Assembly (NCBI GenBank): GCA_965198115.1
Contig: OZ240241.1
Location: 4,704,001-4,768,000 of the forward strand
Length of the DNA: 64,000 bases
DNA from: Candidatus Latescibacterota bacterium
GTDB lineage: Bacteria > Latescibacterota > UBA2968
Reading direction: 5' to 3'
Position 1 is the stretch's first letter; every line of letters begins with the position of its first letter. This document shows, piece by piece, positions 10,594-20,521 of the stretch. Made by a program: the position numbers and the translations under genes. A model generated the notes under the pieces. It was not told the DNA's origin. It ran no database searches and was given only the letters and a program-made list of their open reading frames with translations.

Positions 10594-10971
10594 ATACACT
10601 CACCCGAGTGTCCAGACAACCGCGGGCTTTACAGTGGTTGGATCTACCCGCACCGTATGTCGACGCCGTCGTCACCTACAGCGAGCCGGCTCGGATTCTG
10701 AACGATTTCTTCCACAAAATGGCCTCGGGAAACCGGAAGAACCACTCCTACGACCGTGCGAAGCTTCGACGATCACTCAGGCTATCCGGGTACATCGAAT
10801 AGCCTGTCACAGTTTCTCTGCAATAAGCCCGATGATGGACTGGACAGGAGACACACGGCGCATTTCCGATGGGGGATGGATCCACAGGACCAGGCTTCCC
10901 AATCGTACACCGAATGTCTTGACCTTCTCGATGTACTCGCCTCTACCGTTGTGTCCGTCATTCACCACGCA

Positions 10972-11018
10972 ACCCGGGTCTAGCGCCCCGGGCTAGGCTC
11001 TCCCGCCCCTTCAGGGCG
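10972..11018. repeat. REP-like double palindrome
   Basis: CCCGGG-N8-CCCGGGCTAG followed by CGCCCCTTCAGGGCG hairpin. Confidence 0.6.
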
Positions 11019-11082
11019 GAAACCTCCAGATCGCTGCGCACTCGCCGACCCCGCGTTGAAACGCTCTTTGAAGGAGCTCGAA

Positions 11083-11858
11083 ATGAAATCCATCGACCTG
11101 GATGTCCGGTACTACCATCTCACCCGCAAAGCTTACACCGATGAAAAGGACTTTCACCTAAATACGTTGAGCTTCAACTATCCGGTCGATGAGATTGCCC
11201 TCATCCAGGTAGACGTCTGGAGCGATCATTACGTGAAAACACACCTCGACCGTGGACAGGATATCACTCTGAATCGCATCAACCCTGTCGCCGATGCCCT
11301 TCGATCAGTCGGCGCGACCGTCGTCCACGCCCCCAGTCCCAACTGTGCAAAGCTGTATACGGCTGGACGCAATTCGCGGGGGACGAAGAGGTACACGGTC
11401 GATTGCCGACACCCAAAGACGAATGGCCGCCAGAGCCTTTCCGCGCCAAGACCGGCGAATATGAAAAATGGGCGCGTCCCAAGGACCCGCCCGATCAGCG
11501 CTACGACGACATCAACAAGAATCGCAGCATCATTCTCGAGGCCGCACCTAAAGAGGGCGATCACGTCATCGTGACCGGCGCCCAGCTTCATCGCCTGCTG
11601 AAGCACAAGAAGATCCTGCACCTGTTCTACGCAGGCTTCGCCGCCAATATGTGCGTCCCCTTTCGCGACTACGGAATGCGCGCCATGAAAGACCGAGGCT
11701 ACGACATCATTCTCATCCGCGACTGCACGACCGCCATCGAGGTCGACGCCACGGTTGACGACGAGATTCTCACGCAGGCCGCCGTCACCAACACCGAAAT
11801 GACCGTCGGCTGTAGCACATCATCCGCCGACGTCATCGCTGCTTGTTCAGCAGCGTAG
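11083..11858 (+). CDS. Isochorismatase/cysteine hydrolase family protein (one frameshift near 11360)
   Basis: ALIQVDVW in the first frame; YAGFAANMCV..RDCT in the second; AAGGAG RBS. Confidence 0.8.
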
Positions 11859-11966
11859 GACGGTCGCGCAGGCATCCGGCAGACCTGTAACAAAGATTCC
11901 CGCCTCTTCCTGGCGACGTCCCCACAGGAGCCCAAGGCGAGGGAGGGAACACTGACAATGGGTTTC

Positions 11967-13663
11967 CTACCAGTAACGCGTCTCGCTCCAGGATCCCCTC
12001 TCGAACAGAAACGACTCATCCGTAAGGTAGCTGGCGCACTCGTGATCGACGAACTTGCGCTCTCCCTTCAGATCCTCGCCAGGATTCTGAGCGTAGTGCG
12101 CGAGATAAATGATCCGAGCTGCTACGTGAAAGGCTTCAATCAGACTCGTATGGTCTTCAGGCAGGAGTAGGACGGATTGATAACTCTCAAGAAACGCTCG
12201 TCTTCTGTCCGGCGGTGCCCGTTCCAGATGAACGACCAGGCGATGTCGTAGAGATAGTATCCGAACACGAAGCTGTTGTAATCGATCGGGCAAGCTGCGT
12301 CTCCCGAGAAGACCACGGTACCGGGCATAAGCGTATATATGGGACCCCAGACCGGTCGAGATTCGCCCAGGTCATCAATCACGCCGGTAATCTTCTGCAC
12401 GGCATCTTCGACGACTGAAATATCTGAATCGGGGAGACGATCCTGTTCGGAAGCCCATCGGAGAACCTCGAGAGCCGTCTGCATCCTCGTCCGATCCATT
12501 CTCGGCAGCACGAAGCCATCCGGCCAGTCCCAATGACCAGCGTGCTGATGCATCTTTGCCGACATCACGCCAAGATTACGTAAATCCGAAACCGGTCGGC
12601 CGATGTTTTTCCGGTGGTTCTCCGCAACCTCGTCGCCCTCGACCCAGTCGAGAAGCGCACAGTTAATGGCCTCCCCATCGGAGACAACCTGGGTAACGAA
12701 GTCCCCCTCTTGATTCGGGATGGGCTGTTGCACGGTCAGGTCCGTGTCGCGGCCCATTGCATCGAACCATCGCAGACCGGATTCCAGAACGTCGGCCCGA
12801 TCCCGAATGCCAGTGAGACTATCGAGCGGATTCTCAACGCGTATCGGTGCAGGGTTGTAGACGTGGAGGGCGAACGTTTTTCCGCCGGATGTCAGACGAA
12901 AAGCCATTGGACCGCCGATCACGATCATATTGCGCACCAGCTCGGTCCCTCCGGTCTCGACATCGTAGTGGGTCATCGCTTGTTCGGCGACGCGAAGCGC
13001 TTCTTGCCGTCGCTCGTCACGGTGCTCACCCCGGCCGTATTCATACGCGCGATCGAACCAGGCCCAGGTCTTTTCGACATTCCGACGAACCTGTTGGACG
13101 AAACGGTCGTCGTTCGAGGGGGCTGTGTCACGAAGTGTCTGCACGTCCGACATCCTTTCCTTAAGTTTCTTGCGAGCTGATCGCAGACGGTTGTCTACCG
13201 TCGAAACCGGCACGTCGAGGAATGCGGCAATCGTCCTGCGACCGTAGTCACTCGTGTAGTAGAGGTGAAGGACCTGACGTTCCTGCGTGGGCAAACCGTT
13301 CAGCGCTGATTCGAGACGTGCCCGGGTCTCTCCTACGATGAGATCTTCGGCCGGATCGTCCGCATCGGTCGACAGGGCTTCTACCGGCACGAGGGTGGCG
13401 GATCGTTTTCGGAGTACCCGGTCGCAGTGCTTGTGGACGATGGTTCTGAACCAGCCGGGAAACGCCGCGGGCGACCTCAACGCTCGAAGATCCCGGTAGG
13501 CCTGAAGAAACGCCTCCTGGGCGACATCCTCGGACTGGTGGAAGTCGCCAAGGCACGCGCGGGCGTAGCCCACAGCCATATCCTGAAACCGACGCACGAT
13601 GCTCGTGAACGCCGCCACATCACCCGATTGCGCACGCGAAACGAGCTGGTCCAACTCTTTCAA
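11967..13663 (-). CDS. ECF sigma-70 factor fused to a phosphotransferase-like (homoserine kinase type II/APH) domain; frameshift near 12220
   Basis: Region 2 (EDVAQEAF, FPGWF), region 4 (VSTVDNRLRSARKKL), then LLDWVEG, AKMHQH, PIDY..GYYLYDIA; tail in ORF 11967-12293. Confidence 0.88.
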
Positions 13664-13759
13664 GGAAACTCCTGCTGTAGAAGGCCTCTATCTCTAAGGA
13701 CCCAGTATACCAAAATAGTTGTACGTGCTCTCCAGCGGAGCACGTCCGCGAGCCTCACG

Positions 13760-14847
13760 ATGACCTCATTCACCAGCCCGGATCTCCCAAGCCAGCCTGA
13801 CCGTCGCCCGGGCGAACTCGCCGATAAGGCTACGTTTCGACGGCTGAGTCGTTGGAAGCCAGCGCTGCCCACGCACTCGATCGAGGCGATTGTGGAAAAG
13901 CACGGGCTTCCCTCGATCGACGAAGGATCGGCCACGCACTCCAACGCGATGAACGTTGTCTACCGGTTGGATTCATCCGAAGAACGACTCTTCCTGAAGA
14001 TCCAACTTCGGGATCCGGGCGGCACGCTCGCGACCGAGAAAGAAGTGTTCGGCCTGATTGCCGGTCACACCCGCTTACCCGTGCCTGATCTGGTCATCCT
14101 CGACGAAGATCGCGACGTCCTTCCTCACTCCTTTCTCATCACCTCGACGCTATCGGGAGAGGGTGGACGTGATGTTTTCGAACGCACCGAGCGATCCGTA
14201 CGTCAGGCAACGATGGCTGCCGTTGGGCACGCGCTGGCTTCGATTCACTCGATCCCCGTACCGACCCATACCGGGATTCCGGGACAGCTGTTCTTTCTGC
14301 CGCATTGGAAGACCAACGTTGTCCGGATTCTGGAAGACACACGTTATCTGAGGGAAATCGAAATTCTGAGACCGGGATTCCCTGCCCTACTGGAGGAGCT
14401 GGTCACAGACCTGTCAATCCCCGATCTTGATGATGAACGGGCTCTGCTGTGGTGTGACCCGGTGCTGCACAACCTGATGGAGGATGTGGACGGAAACCAC
14501 GTTACGCTAACCGGTGTCTTCGATTTTCAGAAGGCTCAGGTGGGAGCCGGTTTTCTGACGTGCTTTACGCAAAGGGCGATCTGCGAAGATCGAACCCCCT
14601 TGGATTCTACAGTGACCCAACTGTGGAGGAAGCCTTCGTACGAGGATACACGGAAGTCGGCGGCAACCCTCCGCCGGAACCAACAGAGGTCGAGGCCCTC
14701 GTTCGTGAGCTCCTCTTGAAATCCCTGGCTGGGAAGTGGTGGCTGGATTGTCTCGGCATCCTTCATCCGAAAGTCGGAGAAAACCTCGACGACGCCGAGA
14801 CTGCCGCGAACCGACTCTTACACGAACTTCGATCGGGCGCCCTGTAG
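13760..14847 (+). CDS. Aminoglycoside phosphotransferase family protein (frameshift near 14550)
   Basis: N.VYRL, LFLKI, LASIH, CDPVLHN, GVFDF motifs; tail in ORF 14560-14847. Confidence 0.78.
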
Positions 14848-15103
14848 CCAAAGGAGAACGGATGGAAGAAACTCGTCTCGAAACCCCTCAGAACCGTTTC
14901 CAACAACAGTTCGGTACACCCAAAGCGCGCACGGCCGCCAAGGTTCGCGATCATATGTCGTCGTTCGTCCAGGAATACATCAGTCACGCTCCCTTCGTCG
15001 TCCTCGCGACCAGCGATCGGGAGGGGAACTGCGACACGTATTCTTAGGGTTTGCCACGAAATAAGTGCTGCACTTTTCAAGGTAATGATCTTACGCTCGG
15101 AGT

Positions 15104-16313
15104 GTGGACGTCGAAACTCTCCGAACGAAGTATGAAGCCTTGGCTCCGGTGCTGACGGAACGCACGCGTCGTCTGTGGGCCGCCACGGAAGCCGAAGCGT
15201 TGGGTCACGGTGGGATCGCGATTGTGGCTCTGGCGACAGGAATGTCCAGAGAGCGGATCTTTCGTGGCATTCAGGAGTTGAGGTCGGACGAACCTTTGGA
15301 CCCGGCTCGCATCCGGCGTCCAGGCGGCGGTCGTAAGCGGAAGGCCGACACGGACCCGACGCTGTGGCAGGACCTGAATGATCTGGTCGAGCCAACGACT
15401 GCGGGGTCGCCTGACGACAATCCTCTGAGATGGACATCGAAGAGCACTCGCAAACTGGCCGCCGAGTTGCAAGCGATGGGGCATTCGGTGAGCCCCAGGA
15501 TCGTTGCCAATCTCCTGCACGAACACGATTACACGCTGCAGGCGAATCGGAAGACAAGGGAGGGATCTGCACACCCGGATCGGGACGCTCAGTTCGTTTA
15601 CCTCGATGATCGGATTAGCCAGCAGCAGCAGCAGGGCCTTCCCGTTATCTCGGTGGACACCAAGAAGAAAGAGTTGATCGGCGACTTCAAGAATCCTGGC
15701 CGAGAATGGCGACCCAAGGGAGACCCGGAGCGTGTGAAGGTACACGATTTCATAGTGCCTGCTCAGGGCAAGGCGATCCCTTATGGAGTGTATGATCTGA
15801 GCCGTGATGAAGGCTGGGTAAGTGTCGGTATCGATCACGACACGGCCAGCTTCGCCGTGAATGCGATCCGAAGTTGGTGGAAGAACATGGGACGGCCCGC
15901 CTACGGCACTTCGACGCATCTGCTAATCACGGCGGACGCAGGCGGCAGCAACGGCGCCAAGACGCGGCTGTGGAAGTGGGAGCTGCAGCGCTTTGCGAAT
16001 CGCACTGGCCTGACGATCACCGTATGCCACTACCCTCCTGGCACTAGTAAGTGGAACAAGATCGAACATCGCCTGTTCTCCTTCATCGCTATGAACTGGG
16101 CGAGGCAAGCCCCTGGTCAGCCTGGCTGCAACCGTGAATCTCATTGCCGGAACGACCACTCAAGCCGGTCTCCGAGTACGCTCCGAGATCGACAAGCGAC
16201 CCTACCCTAACGGGGTCAAGGTGACCGATGAACAGATGACCCAAATCGATCTCACTCCGCACGATTTCCACGGCGACTGGAACTACACGATCCGGCCAAT
16301 GGCTCAACATTGA
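15104..16313 (+). CDS. ISAzo13-family transposase (frameshift near 16100)
   Basis: ISVDTKKKEL, HDTASFAV, TADAGGSNG, PPGTSKWNKIEHRLF; shifted tail ends FHGDWNYTIRP. Confidence 0.93.
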
Positions 16314-16331
16314 GATCGACCGTTTATTTAT

Positions 16332-17751
16332 GGCTATATTCGGATCTCTCAACGAGATGAAGTGGGTGAAGGTGCCGTGGTTCCTGGCATGGGGGCGCGG
16401 TTAGAGTGTGCGGAACCTCTTCGGAATCTGCTCAGGGATGTTTATGTCTCCGACGGTAAGGAAGATCATATCGTTGAATGCGTCGAGTGTGCGGAATCCG
16501 CTGGCTCGGTTCTTGACGATTTGGACGATTCGGTTGAGGCCTTCGGCGATGGCGTTGGTAAGACGCGTGTTCACGAATGCGAGGACGCCGAAGAAGTGCT
16601 GTCGCAGGGTCCTGACGAACTTTCGCAGGGGTTCAAGTCGACTTCTGAGTGCGGACGTCGTCCAGCATTTCAGGAAGCGTTCGGCAGCCCAGGGCGCTTT
16701 GTATTCCCAGAACTGCTCGAACTCGTCCTTGAGTCTCCAGGCTCTATAGATTCGGTAGTTCGCCTTCTCCAGTGCTTTGAGTGTCCGAGTATCCCCTCTG
16801 GAGCGTGTCGCTGAGTGCCGGTAGAGGAGCCATCGGAGGCCCTTCATGGCTTTGCGCTCATCCGGGGCAGCTTTACGCCACTGGTCCTTACGGACCTCGT
16901 CAACGGCGGCATTGAGAGCCTTGACGATGTGAAAGCGATCGAGGACCAGCTTGGCATTCGGACAGTGTTCCTGGATGGCTCCGATGTAAGCTTCGCTCAT
17001 GTCGCAGCAGGCCCACTCGATCTTGGATCTCCGGTAGGGACTGAGAGCCTCTGTGAAGAACCGATCGATCGTTTTACGCGCCCTGCCGCGGCCAACCCAC
17101 ACCACGCAGGAGCGGTCCAGATCGTAAACGAGCGTGGCGTACCTGTGACGCTTGGCGTAGGAGATCTCGTCGATCCCGATGGTTTTGAGCCCTCGGATAC
17201 GATGACCTTCACGAAGCCGCGTGATGGATCGGTGAAGGAGATCCGACAGCGTCGAGGCAGAGATGCGCAGTAACTCGGACGCCGCCTTCTGCGTCATGGT
17301 CTGGCAGTAGCGCAGCATGGCATACTCGAAGCGATACGTCACCCGAGAGAACCGCTCCGCCCACGGAATCTCCTCGACCACACGACCGTGGGTAGGACAC
17401 CGAATCTCCCGAGGATGGTAGAGAAGCCAGACCCTCCACCCGCACACCGGAATGTCACGCCACCGACGCGGATGGGGCATTGTGCGGACGATTTTACCTC
17501 GACGGCCGCACTCCGGACAACAACAACCATTCTTATGTGGCTTTACGGCGATGACGACGCAGCTTCTCCCCTCAAACCACCAGCTGACAACACGGAACCC
17601 CTTGAATCTCAGCAGTTTCGATAGTAATCTGCTCCCGGTCATAGGTCGCACCCCCTTCGCTTTGATTGTCCTACACACACAACCAAGCGTAGGGAACGAT
17701 CTATGACCTTGTCATTCTATAGTTTCACCGTTGAGAAACCCGGATAGAGCC
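16332..17751 (-). mobile_element. ISL3-family insertion sequence
   Basis: 23-bp IRs GGCTATATTCGGATCTCTCAACG / GGCTCTATCCGGGTTTCTCAACG; AT-rich 8-bp flanks TTATTTAT / TTATTTTT. Confidence 0.92.
16401..17678 (-). CDS. ISL3-family transposase
   Basis: CPECG..CPTH zinc finger, IGIDE, CDMS, DRFH, TNAIAEGLN..GFR motifs; start may be 17642. Confidence 0.95.
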   Translation of the reverse strand: MCRTIKAKGVRPMTGSRLLSKLLRFKGFRVVSWWFEGRSCVVIAVKPHKNGCCCPECGRRGKIVRTMPHPRRWRDIPVCGWRVWLLYHPREIRCPTHGRVVEEIPWAERFSRVTYRFEYAMLRYCQTMTQKAASELLRISASTLSDLLHRSITRLREGHRIRGLKTIGIDEISYAKRHRYATLVYDLDRSCVVWVGRGRARKTIDRFFTEALSPYRRSKIEWACCDMSEAYIGAIQEHCPNAKLVLDRFHIVKALNAAVDEVRKDQWRKAAPDERKAMKGLRWLLYRHSATRSRGDTRTLKALEKANYRIYRAWRLKDEFEQFWEYKAPWAAERFLKCWTTSALRSRLEPLRKFVRTLRQHFFGVLAFVNTRLTNAIAEGLNRIVQIVKNRASGFRTLDAFNDMIFLTVGDINIPEQIPKRFRTL

Positions 17752-18207
17752 TTATTTTTATTCGCGAACCCTAAGGGTGGGAAACCCGGCTTCGTCCGGG
17801 TCGTCGACGACCGTCACCTCATCGTTCCCGACGTCGCCGGCAACAGACTGTTCCAATCCTATCACAACTTGGATCAAAACCCGCACATCGGACTCCTCTT
17901 CTTGATATCCGGCCTCGATGAAACGGTCCGTGTCAACGGAACCGTCACCATTCTCGATCAGGAAGAGCTCCAACAGCGGCAGATCCAGATGTCCATTCAC
18001 AGTCCCGATGACAACGCCAAGCAGCTCCAGGGCCTGCTCGTGGAAGTCGATGAATCCTTCAGCCATTGCCCACGGGCGTTCAAATTTTCGAAACTGTGGG
18101 ACGTAGATCGAATCGACGGACACAGAGCCGAGCGACCCATCGGCGTGCGTCCAGTCGGCGGCTGAGTCAGCCACTGAGAAACCGAACGATCGCTGAAGGA
18201 GACGAAG

Positions 18208-18795
18208 GTGAGTGAGCGTAGACCGATCGCCCCCGATCTCGTCAAGGAATTCGTGCTGGCGGCGCACGGAAAACCGGACAGGGTTCGAGCCCTCTACGAC
18301 GGGGATCCGGGCCTTCTTCGCGCATCAATGGATTGGGGAGAAGGCGACTGGGAGTGTGGACTCGAAGCGGCGGGTCACATCGGTAACCAGGAGATCGCAG
18401 AATTCCTGTTGGCCAAAGGAGCCCCAATGACGGTTTTCAGTGCGGCAATGTTGGGTAGAGCTGAACTTGTTAAAGCCTTTGTCGACGCGGACCCCGAAAC
18501 CTCCCGCCGGCCTGGTGTTCACGGAATATCCTTGATGTATCACGTCGCTCTGTCCGGTAAAGTCGAAATCGCCGAGTTACTCTTAACCGAATCGCCGGGA
18601 TGCGATGAGGCGCTTCACGCGGGCGTCCGCTTCGGTCACGCGGAAATGGTCGCGTGGCTCCTCGAATATGCAACCGACGTCAACGTGGTGAACTTCCAGG
18701 GACTAACGCCACTATCTGCGGCCATAGAGAGAAACGAGTCGAAGATCGCGGAATTATTGCGGGCAAAGGGAGGGCGAGAGGCACCGGTTACGTAG
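18208..18795 (+). CDS. Ankyrin-repeat protein
   Basis: EFVLAAHG, IAEFLLAKGA, TPLSAA..IAELLRAKGG. Confidence 0.85.
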   Translation: MSERRPIAPDLVKEFVLAAHGKPDRVRALYDGDPGLLRASMDWGEGDWECGLEAAGHIGNQEIAEFLLAKGAPMTVFSAAMLGRAELVKAFVDADPETSRRPGVHGISLMYHVALSGKVEIAELLLTESPGCDEALHAGVRFGHAEMVAWLLEYATDVNVVNFQGLTPLSAAIERNESKIAELLRAKGGREAPVT

Positions 18796-18818
18796 TCCCA
18801 GATTCCTCGCCTCACATA

Positions 18819-19413
18819 GTGCGAGACGACAAACCGAAATGGGCGGGACGCGTTCAACGATTCAAAATCGCCCAACTCTACGAGAAGGACGCAGCCGGCA
18901 TCGTCGACGAAACCCTGATCGACGAGGTGGGTTTCGCGATCCTCGACCGTTGCATCGCGATCCTGACCGCCTCCCAAGCCCACGGCGGTCGAGTCCCCTG
19001 TCCGATCTGTGGCAAAGTCGTCTCACGTGAGTGGTGCGGTTCCGTTCAGTGCGAGGATTGCGATTGGCGTATCCAGTGGAAAGAGTATCACAAGACCTAC
19101 AAGCGCAAGCAGCTGATGGCCGGGAGGATGAAACCGTTCATCGAGGCCTACGTCGACGACTTTCAGAACCCCACAGCAGAAAATGACCCTCATCGACATC
19201 CTCATCAGCCGATACCACGGCGAATTCGAGCGGGATGAGGGGCGTCCCGGTGGGCTCAATCTGATCGGCGGTAAGCGGAAGGAAGTTAGAGCCTTCCTGA
19301 ACGACCTGGCGAAGGGAGCCCCACGACCCGGACGAGAGCAGACACATCAGGCCTGGGTCGAGAAAACCAGACAAGAGCGGAAGCCGGCGTTCGGAGAACC
19401 GGAGTCAGACTGA
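18819..19413 (+). CDS. Hypothetical protein with zinc ribbon (frameshift near 19170)
   Basis: CPICG..CEDC; continues in ORF 19183-19413; start uncertain. Confidence 0.6.
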
Positions 19414-19447
19414 GCGTTTGGGGTTTCACCACAGCAAAGGTGAGAAA

Positions 19448-20521
19448 ATGGCAGATCCAATCAGAATGGGCGTCATCGGATGCCGGGTCGGACGAACCTG
19501 GGTGGCGGGCGCGAGAGCTTGCGAGGATACGGTCGCCTGGGCCGTCGCCGACCTGAACAAAGAGCTGGCTCGAGAGGTGGCCGGCCTCAACGAGGTGCCG
19601 AACGTCTACGGCGACTACCGTGAGCTCCTCGCAGATGAGTCTATCGATGCCGTTGGCGTCGCCACCGCACCCGACATTCGCAAGGAAATGGTCATCGACG
19701 CGCTGCGAGCGGGGAAGCACGTACTCGCCCAGAAGCCTCACGGCCGCACGGCCGCGGATGTGGAAGAGATCAACGCCGTTGCCTTGGAGACCGGCAAGAC
19801 GCTCGTCTACGCCTATTTCATGAGGCATAACGCCGAGAACAAGGAGACGCGTCAGATCATCGCCGATGGTAAAATCGGGCAGCCGTACCACGCACGTGTC
19901 CACTACCACTTCCGGGAGCGCCGCGTCGACTCTACACCGCCACCCGGCCGCGAGTGGCTCTATCGGTGGGGCTTCAAAGGCGGTGCGCTGGGACAGCACG
20001 GCTCCCACTATCTCGACCAGGCCTGGTTTCTAATGGGCTGTCCACAACCGGAATGGGCCTTCGCCGTCAGCCACGCAGCGTTTCCGACCACGTTGGACGT
20101 CGAACGCCACTCTGAGGATTACCTGAGCTTTCTGGTCGGATGCGCTGGCGGCATCACGATCCAGATGGATGCGTCTTCCGTCATTCCGACGTGGAAGGAC
20201 CGGGCGTGGGATCTTCGGTTGCGCATTCTGGGCACGAACGGAACGATCGAATCGGAATCGATGTCCCTGCCGGATGGAATGAGACGCTCGGGAACGCGCA
20301 GGCTTCTCGGGTCGACTTACACCGAAGGCGATTTCGTCGACGAGTACGTCGACCACGAAGCTGGCGACTTCGACGCGGAGGTGAGCGATTTCGCGGCTGC
20401 CATACGCGGCACGCAACCACCCGACGTCTCACCCCAGGACGCCTTGACCTTCATGAAACTGCTCGACGCAATCTATCAGAGTGCCGAAACCGGTGAGAAA
20501 GTGACGATCGATGCCGGCTGA
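19448..20521 (+). CDS. Gfo/Idh/MocA family oxidoreductase
   Basis: MGVIGC, ATAP, AGKHVLAQKP, GGAL..GSHYLD motifs. Confidence 0.92.
   Translation: MADPIRMGVIGCRVGRTWVAGARACEDTVAWAVADLNKELAREVAGLNEVPNVYGDYRELLADESIDAVGVATAPDIRKEMVIDALRAGKHVLAQKPHGRTAADVEEINAVALETGKTLVYAYFMRHNAENKETRQIIADGKIGQPYHARVHYHFRERRVDSTPPPGREWLYRWGFKGGALGQHGSHYLDQAWFLMGCPQPEWAFAVSHAAFPTTLDVERHSEDYLSFLVGCAGGITIQMDASSVIPTWKDRAWDLRLRILGTNGTIESESMSLPDGMRRSGTRRLLGSTYTEGDFVDEYVDHEAGDFDAEVSDFAAAIRGTQPPDVSPQDALTFMKLLDAIYQSAETGEKVTIDAG

Larger units (their letters stand above)
9254..10633 (+). mobile_element. IS3/IS481-like two-ORF insertion sequence
   Basis: Imperfect IRs sharing GCCC..GGTT..TGGACACTC; right end ..TTTACA; flanked by 15-bp direct repeat GTGGTTGGATCTACC (9239-9253, 10634-10648). 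Confidence 0.88.
8319..10802 (+). pseudogene. Protein-kinase-like (phosphotransferase fold) protein interrupted by an IS
   Basis: FFVKK, IVHFDSHHSN, YLTDFG motifs; frame resumes after the IS as WLDLPAPYVDAVV..SGYIE* (stop 10800-10802). Confidence 0.8.
15047..17771 (+). mobile_element. ISAzo13-family insertion sequence (contains nested ISL3 in its right IR)
   Basis: Left IR GGGTTTGCCACGAAATAA; right IR reconstructs to TTATTTATTCGCGAACCC after removing ISL3; exact target duplication not resolved. Confidence 0.85.
14862..18165 (+). pseudogene. Pyridoxamine 5'-phosphate oxidase-like FMN-binding protein split by ISAzo13/ISL3
   Basis: 5' part ..APFVVLATSDREGNCDT (14862-15040) joins 3' part PKGGKPGFVRV..PDVAGNRL..NPHIGLLF..HCPRA (17770-18165). 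Confidence 0.88.

Noticed and set aside
15077-15919. Long antisense ORFs (also 6930-7754, 25541-26791, 29455-30357, 59645-60709)
   Set aside because: Shadows of well-supported genes on the opposite strand in GC-rich DNA, with no recognisable motifs.
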